Part shown: piece by piece, positions 34,487 to 46,859 of the stretch
Numbering within the stretch: position 1 is the first letter of the stretch
Layout: each line of letters begins with the position of its first letter
DNA from: Camelus ferus
Taxonomy: Eukaryota
Length of the DNA: 64,000 bases
Assembly: GCF_009834535.1 (NCBI RefSeq)
Contig: NC_045697.1
Coordinates: 21,950,001-22,014,000 of the forward strand
Direction: 5' to 3'
Program-made: the position numbers and the translations under genes
The notes under the pieces: generated by a model
Database searches by the model: none
What the model was told of the DNA's origin: nothing
Seen by the model: only the letters and a program-made list of their open reading frames with translations

Positions 34487-34959
34487 GATCTGACAGGCAA
34501 ATCTAAATATTTGATAACCACATTTTATAAACCACAAAATACTATTTGGGCAGTCTCCAGTTTGACTTTTTTTCCCCCTGTGAAATCTCAACAATTTATC
34601 TTATCACCAGATAGATATTTTATTATTATCTCTACTGGATCTTACCTTTCCCTCAAAAGAATTTGTATTTGAAAAAGCTTAAGGATAGAAAAGGCTAAAG
34701 TGATTTTTTTTTTCTGTAAGATAAACTTTTATATATAAAGCCATCAAATGTTTTAAGATGTGACCAGTAATATGATTTCATGATTTCACTCTCAACTTTA
34801 ATAAGAGTTTATAACTGCAGTAACTTTTTAAACTAGTTTTTATTTAATTTAAGTACCTATTATGTGCAAATACTATAGTTGTTGTCAGATGGGGTCTGAC
34901 TGACTTGCTCAACCAGAGGCAGCAAAGAGGTGAGAATAGCTTTCAGGCAGAATATATCT

Positions 34960-35090
34960 GATTCCTCTTTGGGTTTTAATATCCTAATCTGTAATCTGGG
35001 AATAGTGGTGTCTGCCATTGAAGGGGTGTTATGAGTGTTAAATGAGATAATGGAGCCACAATCCTGGGACATACAGGAACTCAACCAAGG
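34960..35090 (+). mobile_element. MIR fragment
   Basis: atctgtaatctgggaatagt...ggggtgttatgagtgttaaatgagataat. Confidence 0.6.
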
Positions 35091-36139
35091 ATAGTATCCT
35101 TACTCTCCAGGACTTGGCCCGACAGTGATGCCGCTAGAAGGGCAGCATGATGGCGGGGCTGTCTTGAGGGCAGTAAAATGTAATTCTATCTGGCAATAGT
35201 CATAATTCCTCTCTTTCTAACTGCCAGGGCTTATGATTTGTTTTATTTCAGGAGTCCATACTAATTGTGATTGGACTACTAGGTATCAACAGAGGAAAGG
35301 ATATGTTTTGATTTAGAAAAGACCATTCAGTCATAGCTTACTCAAAAGCATTCAGTTTAGTCCTGTGTGAAGTTTCACTGGAGACTGTGAATCCAAGATA
35401 ATGTCCCCCTATGAAAGAAACATAAATAAATAAATAAATGTTGACTCTGGAGAAAAGATTTGGTCTCACCAATTCTCATCAATCAGTGTTCCCTGAGATA
35501 AAAGGAAACGTTACCTGGTGCTCCTTTGATATCTGAACTTCTTCTGGCACGTATATGCTGACAGCACTTTGTTCCTGAAAGTCTGATAGCAGTTTGTTTC
35601 TCTTTGTCTGAATGAGCAGATTTCAGTAAAGCCAGATTCTCTACAAAAGGATAGGAAAGGTAGAAAAAGTCTCTACAATTCTGAAATGCATTAAACATCT
35701 TTCTTACTTTAACATCAAATGATCAAATATATAAGCATGCCTGGAGTTATTCTGTATTTCCATTGTAATTCTGGTAGGAATTTTTGTAGAAGGGGCTCAG
35801 AATACATTATCTTTCAAGAGGGTTCCAATTGTCAATACAGCAGGCCTGCAACATTATTCTTCTAATGGGTAGAAAAAGAGATAATAGGTGACTAACTATA
35901 TCACTCACGCTTTCTGTAGTGCCCCAAGAATTCCGTCATGACTTTTGCATTTTAGAGGAAACACAATGGCCCTGATGATGAAACACTGGAATTTAGGCAA
36001 GTAGTAATAAAAGGAAGTTTAGTTCAGTAAATGTTTACAAGGCCAGTATGAAATGAGATTATGACTTGCATATAAAAAATTCTGTACATACCATTATTAC
36101 TCTGGAGGATTTTTGGGTGCGTGTTTCTTAGTTGCTCTG

Positions 36140-36270
36140 TCTATGGGTGTCATTTTCTTATCTGTAAAAATAAGTGTTCAAATAATATCTATTTATAGAA
36201 TTGTGGTGCTCAAGTACAAGTAAGTAGGTGAAAGTAATCTATAAACTGTAAATTGCTGTACAGAAGTTAT
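36140..36270 (+). mobile_element. MIR fragment
   Basis: cattttcttatctgtaaaaata...aataatatct...tagaattgtggtg. Confidence 0.55.
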
Positions 36271-36274
36271 ATAT

Positions 36275-36392
36275 ATCTATTGGGTAGGTGCCAGGGAAGC
36301 TGCTAAACATTATACAAGGAACAAGGAATCTACTCACAACATAGAAATGTGATGCACAAAATGTCAATAATGCCAAAGTAGATCCCCTGCCC
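36275..36392 (+). mobile_element. MER20 (hAT-Charlie) partial
   Basis: tgggtaggtgccagggaagctgctaaacat...cacaaca...caaaatgtcaataatgccaa matches the recalled MER20 half. Confidence 0.75.
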
Positions 36393-36399
36393 TATAGTG

Positions 36400-36740
36400 A
36401 GTAATAGCTACTCTCCCACCTCTAGGCTGAAGGTGACAATAGGAGAGAGAAGTTAGTGGAATAACAAAGGAGAAACATTTGGAGAGGGCTGCCCAAAGTG
36501 GCCCCAGAAGCTGGGAGTCAAGGAATAAGTACTCTGACCTCTTTCTTCTCTCTCTTTTTAGTCTGGGTCTGGAATTTCCACTGGTCAAACCTGGCTCTAA
36601 GCCAGAGGGAAAGGGATCCTGTGAATGTAATCTATGTTGGTCAGCCTCCTGAGTGTTAGACATGATCATAAGGATAAGACGAGGGTGGACAGAACAGGTG
36701 CATAGGTTGGGGGTGAGAAATTGAAAATATTTATCCCCAA
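36400..36740 (-). mobile_element. ERVL LTR fragment (LTR33-like)
   Basis: Motif ccactggtcaaacc...aagccagagggaaagggatcc...ggtcagcctcctg. Confidence 0.5.
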
Positions 36741-36984
36741 CCATGAATCACTGTGTCTAATTAATATTCAGCTCTGTGAGTCCATAAGGAAACAATGTCT
36801 GTGGATAGGTTCATCTATATGCAGAGAGAAAAGTCAATCATGGGTTCAAATTTGAAGAGAAGGAAAATTCAGAAATACATCTGTAAATTAATTCTTCCCT
36901 AGAGATAGTTTGTGTTTGTTCATGGTAGTAAAACATAGTAAGGATCTGCATGTATCTTTTTCTACTATATGCCTTTGTCTGTTT

Positions 36985-37330
36985 ATGTCCATTCATTAAT
37001 TTACCAGGTTACTGAGAGTGTGCTGAGTGCCTGGTACTGGTCCAAGTACAGAAGATACAAAAAAATGGATACCAAATGGTGTCACTCTGGAAGCAGCTTT
37101 GGATGTAGGAGGAAAGACAGTTATAAAAGCAAATCACTGCAACTCTTGGAGCATTTACATATGAAGTAGTATGGGAGACAGAGGAGGTACTAGCTGGGAT
37201 GTAGAAAGGCCTTGTAGAAAGTGACCTTGACAGAATCTCGAAGGTCAGGTAGGTGTTTTCTGGACAGAAAAATAGGATTAGTTTAGTCAAGACTTGGAGA
37301 TGTCCTTTGTGGTGGAGTGGAAACAGCGAT
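36985..37330 (-). mobile_element. L2 fragment
   Basis: tccattcatt...tactgagagtgtgctgagtgcctggtactg...gatacaaaa...ggaaagacag...agaaaggccttgtagaaagtgac. Confidence 0.55.
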
Positions 37331-37853
37331 AAGGTATTCTGTTTCCAAGGACTTTGTGTTCCATGCAAAGATATTGGAACTATAACTACAAAGTAGTCGA
37401 GAATCATTGGATATATGGGCAATGTTCTTGCAAACTTGACTTTTTTTTTTTAAATTTCCAACTTCTGTACCCTTGTGTGGTATGAGCCACTCAGAATTTT
37501 GTCTCTAAATTGAAATCTTTAGAAATAATATCTTAAACTTGATGCTGTACCAATTCAGTTATTTCTGAGTAAGCTTAATTTAGTGAAGATTTTAATGGAG
37601 CATTTTGATGTTCAAAAGTGATAGCACTTAATAAATGTCCTTTGCTGGGCTATTCTGATTAAAGTGTCAGAGGATCAAAGATCTCAGACATGTTTTGAGA
37701 GTAAGAGTCCCTCTTCTGTTTCTCAACTATAAATGTTCCTTAAATCCTCACATGCATGCTGAGAAATATTTTTTATATCATTATCTTCTAGAAATAATCA
37801 TAGTTGGGGGACAGATTTTTTAAAAGTTTGTAAGCTAAATAATTGAGACTCAA

Positions 37854-37918
37854 AAAATTATTTTAACTTAAATATAGTCAATTACAACATATCAATTTCT
37901 GGTATACAGCATAATGTT
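37854..37918 (-). mobile_element. Extremely 5'-truncated L1 3'-end fragment with target-site duplication
   Basis: aatatagtcaattacaacatatcaatttctggtatacagcataatg resembles the antisense 3' terminus of laurasiatherian L1. It is flanked by TTGAGACTCAA at 37843-37853 and 37919-37929. Confidence 0.65.
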
Positions 37919-40509
37919 TTGAGACTCAAGTTTTATACTATGTGGATGCACCTAAATTTGATGCTATTTAAATATAAATACACATACATTTTTCTTGGTC
38001 TCTATAAGATTTATTAATCATTGTGTGCCCCTCAATACATTTCCAAACCAAGGGATTGAAGCCAGCAGTGACGAACTAGCAGCAACTACCTGGTGTCTCT
38101 TCTCTTTAGTTTTGAACCTGAAGCTTGAAGGGAAATGTCATTATAATTGAGTAGTTAGCCTTATTATTTCCACTTCTCAAAATAATGAAGCTATCTTTTG
38201 ATCTGAATATGAGAAGTGTTAAAAATACAAGTAAATATTAGAAGATGTGGACACTTCTTTTGCTACTGACACTTTCTGCAAACCTTCCTGAGTTGGTGTC
38301 TTTCAGTGAAGGTCAGAATCTTGGTAATTACTGGTGGCTGCAGAAGCTGGTGATGGAACTTTGACCCTGATTCTTAGACAACCAGTCTCTTGTCTTCCTC
38401 ATCCCTTTAGGTTTCTTGTTTTGGGGTGAAAATCCCTGGAAATAAATGGGACAGATTTTATGAATAAAAGTTTTTTGCCCCACATACACTATTGGTATTT
38501 AAATAAATGGCAATTCAATTTCCAAGTAAGTAAATGTGTTACTGTAACCCAATTAAAAATATTAGGCTTCAAAATGGGAGCATTTGAACTTGGTGTCATG
38601 GATTTTGGGAAGTTCTGAAAGGAATAAGAAGCATTTAGATTCCAGGAATCTTTGATTAAATTACATTAATGAAAGTGGAAGAGTTCTCAGCTGGCTGGTA
38701 TGGAAGATAAAACACCAACCATATGTGTCAGCATCATGTCTGGCGACTCTTTAAGTCATTATAAACAGTAATGGGCAGTATAAAAGACAAGGTCAAAGCA
38801 TTTCTCTTAACTCTTCCATACAGATTATTTTTATTTCTGGTACATATCTCATTTCCCTTCACGTATCTTTAACTGTAAAGAGAGAGAGAACGTTTACAAT
38901 TCTTTTATCGGTAAGGAAACAGAATGAAAATCCCCCAGTTTATATGCAGTTGCTGTGAACTGTATTTTTCTGAATGGTAATGTGGTTAAGTTAGCAGGAG
39001 TTTTCTAAGAAGTATGTTTTCACATAAATTGCAAATTTTGCTAAGTTGATACATGAAGGTGCATTGTAGGCAAACTTGAGACGTTGCTTCAAGTAGGCAC
39101 TTAGCATAGGCAGATTGTTAAGAGCACACCATGCAAGATGGCGTGACACGTGCCATACAATTTATGGATTTTTGGCACAGGGCTCATACTAAGTTTGAGC
39201 CGGGCTTCCATGGCAATGCCTATTTTTAGGCTCTGTTAGAGGACAAACTGACTCTTCTATCATTCAACAAATACTTATTAAACACCTACACTCTTGGACT
39301 CTGCTCTTGTTCTCATGTTGCATCTTAATTTAGAATGAAGATATAAAGGTTTTTACATATGTGATGGATTTTTAAAAATTGCAAAGTAGCCTCTTCCAAG
39401 TATTCCTCCCAAAGGAGTAGTTACCAGTAATTTCTGATTTCACTGTGCACATAAATAAGGAACTGTGTTGGAAAATAAATCATTTTGTCTGTAATTTAAA
39501 ATGAGGTTTGAATTATATTTGATTACTGTGAAGTGTATTGATAAAACCTTGATTTTGTCTGCAAAGTGTTACTGATCATAGAAACTACCAAAAATAACAG
39601 CATAGTGGGTTTCTGAAATACATTTTCATAAGATACATTGAATCTCTGTACGCACCCTTGTCAAATTGGAGTCAAGTTGGACAATCAGAGTTAGCTTAAA
39701 ATTAAGCCTCCTCCAGCAGTTAGCCCTGTTGCGTCTACTCAGAGCCATCAAGGTATCCTGCAAATACTCCCATGGTTTTTCTGGAAGGAGGAGGCAGTAG
39801 TAGAAGGGGTTACTATTATCCTCTACCATGACTCATTAGAACATGTCCTGAAATAAGTGTAGCTCCATATCAGGCAGGCAGCAAAGCATTCCCAAGTCAT
39901 TTATCAGATGAAAAGGAAGGAGGCTGTCAAATTCAAGCATCCCTGGTAATGTGAGCAAAAAAATGTGTCACTTTATTATTTTCCCTTTCTTCTATAGAAA
40001 ACATGATATATTGATTTATTTTAGATTGTTTAGGGTCTAAGGTATTTTATGGTTGCAAAAGTTATGAATTAAAGGTCCTAAATTGTAAGGTGTTAAGGGA
40101 TGAAATTCACATCCAATGTGGGAGATACTAGTTGGAAACAATAAATCTTGTCAGGCTCAAGGTACTTTCATTGCTGTAAAAAAAAAAAAAAAAAAATGAA
40201 GGTCATAAGATAATACTCTTCAGGGAAATATGTTAATACATTTAAAGAGATTCATCATTTTTCATATGACATACAGATACCCTTTTAAAAGATTTCAGTA
40301 TTTTATCTTTGATTTGATTTGGTATTTAAATATTTTAAGTCAACTCTTGAGAAACCGATACGTATTTTTTGACATATCTAATTGCATAGTTTAACAAATG
40401 GACGGGTGGTCAAGGTTTCTGGTGAGTGTCTGTAATTGTTTGGTGGTGTTCAGATGGCTTCAATGATTTTATTGATAATGATATTCAAGGAAATCCACAC
40501 TGACAGAGG

Positions 40510-40710
40510 TTCTTTTGTATACTAGACACTGTGCTAGGTGTGTTTAGGCTGATTAGGGCATTTCATTCTCAGGGTGCCGATGGATATTGTTTTTCTGTTG
40601 GCTTTCTCAGTTAAAGAAGCTGAAGCTCAAGCTTTGATAACCTGCCTGAGATTGTCTAGTTAATCAGAGGTAGAGCTGGACCGGAACCCACGGCTCTGTG
40701 ACTTCGCAGA
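40510..40710 (-). mobile_element. MIR fragment
   Basis: agacactgtgctagg...aagaagctgaagctca...taacctgcctgag...ggtagagctggaccggaaccca. Confidence 0.55.
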
Positions 40711-41289
40711 TTCTTCTCTCGAAGATTAGTCACTAGCCTCACCCAGCATCTCACAAGATTTGTGCTTTTCTGTAATATTAATGAGGGGGCAAAGGCTCAA
40801 ATGTGCTTGACCTTAGAAATGTAAACAACCTAAGTGTTTAAAATCCCGGGTGCATTTCTATTTTTGAATAAGTAGGCTTCTGAAAGCTGCACGTACAAAT
40901 TTATTTTCTGAAAGTTTAGAGGAAGCTACTGCTTTTTTCATATATTGATGGTGGCCGGAGGTGATGCATAGATTTGGTTCTCTCTGTAATTGTTTACATC
41001 TAGAGAAATTTGTATGTGAAAGGTTGTTGTAAACAAGTTCTTGTTGGGCCCTGAAAGCTCCTTTCACTTCCCTGTACTTCCTCACTGCTGCTAACAGAAA
41101 AAAAAAAAAAAAAGAGGCCTCTAGTCCTGAACCCTCAAAACATCTTTGTCCTCCTAAGTTATTTTCTCAACAAATAAAACCTTCAGTCGCATCCCACAGG
41201 ATAAAGTGAGGACCAATGAGTAGCGCAAAAAGATTCTTAGCAAATGAACGAATCCATCTCTGTTTCTTGATTTATTTCCCAAGTTCACT

Positions 41290-41680
41290 CTGCTACAGCC
41301 ACACTAAACTGTCTGCCGTTTGCTCTGTGAACGTTCCCTTTATCTGCTCCATGCCTTTGTGCATTCCCTTTTCTCTGTCTGAAATGTCCTTCTATCCTGA
41401 TCCTGTGTTTCATTCCTCAGAAACACACGTATATTTCATGATTTAATGACTCAGCTCAAATGTCATTTCCTATGCAGAGCTTTCCCTACCTCTCAGAGTG
41501 AGCTGTTTTCTTGCTTTTCGTCTTTGTTCACATATGCTAATCACTTTGCATTGTAATTCACTTTTTGTACGCCTATTCCTGCAATAATGTGACCTTCTTA
41601 GGAAAAAGGATTATACCTAATTTATTATTGAATATCTGGTGTCCTATACATAGTGGATTCTCAAGAAAAGCTTGTAGAAC
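41290..41680 (+). mobile_element. L2 fragment
   Basis: cagccacact...gcctttgtgcattcc...ctgtctgaaatg...ctcagctcaaatgtcatttcct...agctttccct. Confidence 0.6.
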
Positions 41681-41714
41681 AGTTTCAGTGGTCAAATTAA
41701 CAAATGTAAACAGC

Positions 41715-41925
41715 AAACTTTTGTTTAATATGTATTTAACATGCTCTGTGCCAGGCAGTGGTCACGGCACTGGAATATGGCAAAGAATGGCACTGATAAA
41801 ACTCACTGCTATCATTGCTGTCACATCTACGGGAGGGATGCAGATAATTAATGATATAAATAAGTAAAGCCTAAGATAGGATGGTGGCAAGTGCTGTGAA
41901 AAAAATGCTGATACAAGAGATGTCG
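41715..41925 (-). mobile_element. L2 fragment
   Basis: tatttaacatgctctgtgccaggcagtg...atggtggcaagtgctgtgaaaaaaa. Confidence 0.5.
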
Positions 41926-42339
41926 AGGATGAGAGCGTTCTTCCTTATGGACCGTTCAGTACAGCAATCATTCTGTGTATTTTCTGTCCTGATTCCTTGT
42001 TGCAATTTTACAGTTGCTTTGAAGCCATACTTCTTTTATGGTAAAACAGACAATATAGAATTTCTAGAACTGAGTGGATCTGCTTTTAGGAAATTCTAAA
42101 AGTAAAAGTTCTTTGAAAGACAGAAGAAACCCAATCAAGCAGCCAAGTTTATGCTAATCTGTGTTCTATAGAGAAAGATAAAGTTCCTATTTTTCTAGGC
42201 AGTCAAAAAATGGAACTTGAATGTTAAATTATTGGATGCCAGAGGTTTGTCTTTATATGAAAAAAGATTGTAAAAATGCTTCTTTATCTCAGCTACAATT
42301 TTATTAAAATACAAATAAATACATTAAATATACAAAAGA

Positions 42340-42425
42340 TATAATGTGTTTTATATTTATATATTATATTATAATATATATAATTAATATATATAACTAA
42401 TATATATACATAATTTATATACATC
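42340..42425. repeat. AT-rich low-complexity tract
   Basis: Degenerate (TA)n run. Confidence 0.8.
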
Positions 42426-44208
42426 ATAGATTTCAAAGCATTTTCTATAATACTATGATCTAATTTAACTGAAATATTTTTAAAATAATGAGTAAATGCT
42501 AGGTTATATCAGAAAGCACATCATTGTATTTGTCATACACAGATCTGCATTCTAAGAACAAATCTATCCTACATATTATTTTTTGGTCGTAAACCCATGT
42601 GCTTCAAAAACCTAAGGTTGTATTTCTCTTTATGTTTCTGTTGGTTTGATTTCCACTCTCCAGTTCCCCCATAACGAAACTTAGGCCTATCTTTTCATTA
42701 AACTTCCTTTACAATCTTGGCATCACCTCTTTACGTTGGAGCTAGATGGACACAGTATATATACACACATGCATACATGTTTCTTATTACTGAAAAGAAA
42801 AAAAAAAGACCTCAAGAACCATGATAGTTAAGCTTCAGTTTCCATTGTTTCCTTCTTAAGGTCAATATCCTGCAGCGTTTCTACATATTTGTGGGTCTTC
42901 TCTTGCCAAAATTTCTCCCACAATGTGTTTCGTAACTCTTACTGAAGACATTAAAAGAGAAGAAGAGAGAAATGGGAGAAGAGGGACTTCGGCTGCCCAA
43001 AACACTCATCAGCATTAGCTTTCTGCCACCTCTCCTGCTGCCTCCTTCCTGCTCGCAGCCTCCTTGGAGTTGTGACTTTTTCCCCCCAGGATTCTTCTTT
43101 CTTTGTCCCAAGTCCTCTCTCGCTTTGCAGGGATGTAAAGGATGTGGGCTATGGTCAGACTGTTTCACAGAGAATCTGCTGTTTCTCCTCCTGATCAGTG
43201 ATTGTCTCTCCTTGCAGATGGCTTGTGGTTCTATAACAGTATTTGGAAATTGAAGGTGTTCTATGTCTAAAGTAAATTACTAATGGTCTTTTTCTTTTTT
43301 ATTAATTCACAGAAAAAATAATGCATGCATTTTTTTCTCAGTTTAGATTTATCTTCTGTACATTTTGCTTCTGCTTTTGTTGCCTCTTATCACTTCTTGG
43401 CTGGATCTGGCATGTGGCAGAATAAAACATGAGGTTGAATAAACAACCAACCAGCAAACTTTTGTCATACTATCAATGGGAATATTGAGCCCCTTCTTCC
43501 AGTAACAGATATGCTTGTTATATGATTTTAGAGTGAGCAAGTTTAATATACTGATTTTTCTGTATGTAAACTTTTCTTTATTCTTAATTAGATTAAATGT
43601 ATTAAATCCTTCCCTGTACCACGATGTTCCTCAAAGGACAGTTGACACTGATGAGCCCTCCACCAAGCACGTGTGAGAACCACAAACTAGTAAGGCATCC
43701 AACCTTTCATTTTGACTCTTGTCTCCTCCTTCTGCAGCTCAACTGTGTGTCTTAAGGAGGTATATCTAGGGGTGGATCATGTTGGGTCATACAAGGTGCT
43801 TCTTCCTCGTCATCCTTTTGGTTGTTCAACTCTACTTGTGTAACAAGGTGTCTGCAAGTTCCCCCTTAACCCTGACGTTGACCATTTGTCTGGGTGCTTG
43901 CCTAAAGGAACTGCTGTCTATTTAATAGGCACCTTTTAATTGTATCAAACTACACTCTCATTTGACACTAAGTAGAAATAATCAAATCTTTCAGGACAGT
44001 CAGATCAGTAGTCCAGATGAGGCTGGATTCTTGGCAGCATCTAATATGTGAAGATCTAGGGAAATAGTTTTCAAATTTTTGCCTGCAGAAGATTCACTGG
44101 AGGAGCTTTTAGGAAGTGCAGTTCTGCTTCTGTTCACCTCAGGGATGGGCCAGATACCTACGTTTTCAAAAAGCACCCTGGGTCATTCTTACGGAAAATA
44201 CTTTGCAG

Positions 44209-44537
44209 CAGCACTATCCAATATAAATATAATACAAACAACACATGTAATTTTACATTTTCTAGTAGGCACAAAAATATAGTAAGAAAAAAAGCAGATG
44301 AAATTAATTTTAATTATGTATCTTATTTAACCCCATATATCCAAAATACTATGATTCAATATTTAATCACTATAAAATTGTTAATGAGATATTTTTCATT
44401 CCTTTCGTTAAAAAATTAAATCTTCAAAATCTGGTGTGTATTTTGCAGTGACGGTGCATCCTCTCAGTTTGGACTAGCCTTGTTGCAAGTACTGAGTAAC
44501 CATATGGAGCTAGTGACTACCACATCGGACAACACAG
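44209..44537 (+). mobile_element. MER33 (hAT-Charlie), near full length
   Basis: Begins cagcactatccaatataaatataat and ends gctagtgactaccacatcggacaacacag, about 330 bp, with characteristic internal motifs (gaaattaattttaat, aatgagatatttt, aaatctggtgtgtatttt). Confidence 0.85.
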
Positions 44538-44604
44538 CTTTAGAGAATTACTTTCAAATCTAGTGAATAAGCTCGCGATGCTAAATAAACACATGCTTTC
44601 TTTT

Positions 44605-44800
44605 GTGCTTATCGTGTGCTTGGCACTAAGCTAAGTTCTTAAAATGCATCATGTTGTAAAACCCAAGGAACAGGAATATGAGGTAGGTGTGCTGTTTTAT
44701 CTACTCGGTAGGAAAAAACACAGGCTCTAGAGAGTGATATGTCCAAAATCGTACAGCGAGTGGGAGACGAAACAGGTCGACACGTCCTCAGAGCACGCGG
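44605..44800 (-). mobile_element. MIR fragment
   Basis: gtgcttggcactaagctaag...tatgaggtaggt...aaaacacaggctctagagag...gtccaaaatcgtacagcgag. Confidence 0.5.
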
Positions 44801-46767
44801 GCTAACTGCCCTGGAGGACCCGCTTCTACACCGCGCTTATTTCTTACGCAATTACATGCAACACAGACTTCTATCTAAGGTGAAAAGTCCTAGACGTACA
44901 TGTTCAAGGGATTGTGTGATATAAATATATCACAAAATGGAATTCAGAGGCAACTGGATTACATTTGTATGTTAGTCTCTCATGCCACTTAACATCCCAG
45001 AACTGCAGTAAGCGTCCTTGGCATGGGATGCTTGGGAGGACGCGACATAAAAATTGTGAATTATGTAAATACCCAATCATTACGTGTGGCTTTGTTCTTA
45101 ACAGTTTTATATTTCTTAAGATTAGTGTTCGTTTTTTCCCTCTGAGGCAATAGGAAACATTATAACCAATAGTATAAAAAGGCCATTTACTAACGCTTAT
45201 TAATTATCTTAAATATGAATGAAAAAATAAAGACATAAACTGGGCCAATGTGTAATAAAACTGTAAGAGCTGAAGTTTTTCTAGGGCAAGATTCTCACTG
45301 GATAATTTGTTCATAGAAGCTTATTTGTCAAAAGTTATTTACTCTTCTTTTCCCTTGCTTCCTGAATGCGTGATATGAACGTCTTCTTTTATTGTAGTTC
45401 CATCTCAGTTGATTAAAGAAAAAGGACTCCCTTTGCTTTTAATACTGCTGAATATCTGAAGATCAATTGCAGCTATTAAATTAAAATAGTTTACCCCTCG
45501 AGGACTTTCAAAGACCAAAGAAAATATTATTTTAAATGGAAAGCATTAGTCTTCTATTATTACTGTCTTGGACTGGATTGCATTAGATCTTCAGATTAAG
45601 GCAGCAAGCGCTTTGAAAATGTAAAGCCAGTTGTACGATGTGGAATGAAAATAAACACGGACTCAAACAAACATTTTATTTATCTTGATTTTTATAAACC
45701 AAACCAACTTATTGGATTTGTATCTATCTATCATTAGAGTGAGTCTACATACAATCCTAGTGTTCCAAACTTGATTAGTCACCCTAATGAGAAGGGCATG
45801 GATAAATGGCAAATAGTAATTTAAATATATTATATTTGGCTTAAAATGAGTGTATTATTTTTAAATCTTTATTTTCCAATCCTGAGTGTATAGTAATATG
45901 TCAATGAATAAAATATTTTAGAAGCATTCTGACAGAAAGTCAAGCTAGAGTTAAAAGTTTTGCCTAGATAATTCACTACGCCATCTCTCCTATGTAGACA
46001 ATCCAGTGTAAATGATTTAAATATCAAGGGCTCTCTTCCATTGTTCCTATAAAATCGTCTGTCCGTATATAAGACAAACATGGAAGCTTAGAAACTTCTC
46101 CTGATGTTGAGGCTACACTCATTAGCAGTCAGTAAATTGCAGTGTTACATGAAGTACAGCTGTTGCCTCATGGGTATAGCCGTCTAGTCAGAAGTAGGAA
46201 ATGAAATCCCAGGGTGCTCTGTCAGCCTGGGATTTCAGGATCCGTTTTGTTTTTGATCCCAGTATTTCTTAAATCCCTTTTCATTAATGATGAAATAGCG
46301 TCTCAATATCCAAAGCTGCCACTTGGAAAGAGAAGGAGGAAGATCATGCGGCTCACACCCTAGTCGTTTTTGTCTAAGTTTCTTCTTGCTTTCCTGTAAA
46401 TACTGACTTGCACTTTGATAAATTTACACATTTTGAGCGTAATTCACAGCATAACCTTTTACTATTTGGAATAAAAATGAAACTTCAAAACAAACGAAAA
46501 AGAGCATTGAGTAACTGAAGAAAAAAAAAATGCTACCAAATGTATTCAGAAAACCTCACATAATTCACTTCCAAGTCCTTACCAGCACCTGCTGTTTCTT
46601 ATTTATCCATGACTGTATCAAATATGCTTATTTATTTTTCCACTCCTAACTTGGTTAAAGCAGCCAATTAGAATCTAAATGAAGAGGCATTGGTACTACA
46701 TGTGTATTCTGGTATCAGAAGTGAACAGTACTCAACTGTAAGGAAGATATATGTATCCAAGAGAGAC

Positions 46768-46859
46768 GTTTGTCTGGATCCATAAAGTTACATGTACTTC
46801 GTTGCCTTCAGATGTTTGTCTGGATCCATAAAGTTACATGTACTTCGTTGCCTTCAGAT
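46768..46859 (+). repeat. Perfect 46-bp tandem duplication
   Basis: GTTTGTCTGGATCCATAAAGTTACATGTACTTCGTTGCCTTCAGAT at 46768-46813 and again at 46814-46859. Confidence 0.97.

Noticed and set aside
35131..35146. CTCF-like CCGCTAGAAGGGCAGC (similar CCACCAGAAGGGCAGG near 50630)
   Set aside because: Each has an extra base in the core that breaks motif spacing.
39172..39196. Faint resemblance to antisense U6 snRNA
   Set aside because: Only about 24 nt with several mismatches and no flanking similarity.
46768..46859. Direct repeats as a CRISPR-like array
   Set aside because: Two abutting copies with no spacers, in mammalian DNA.
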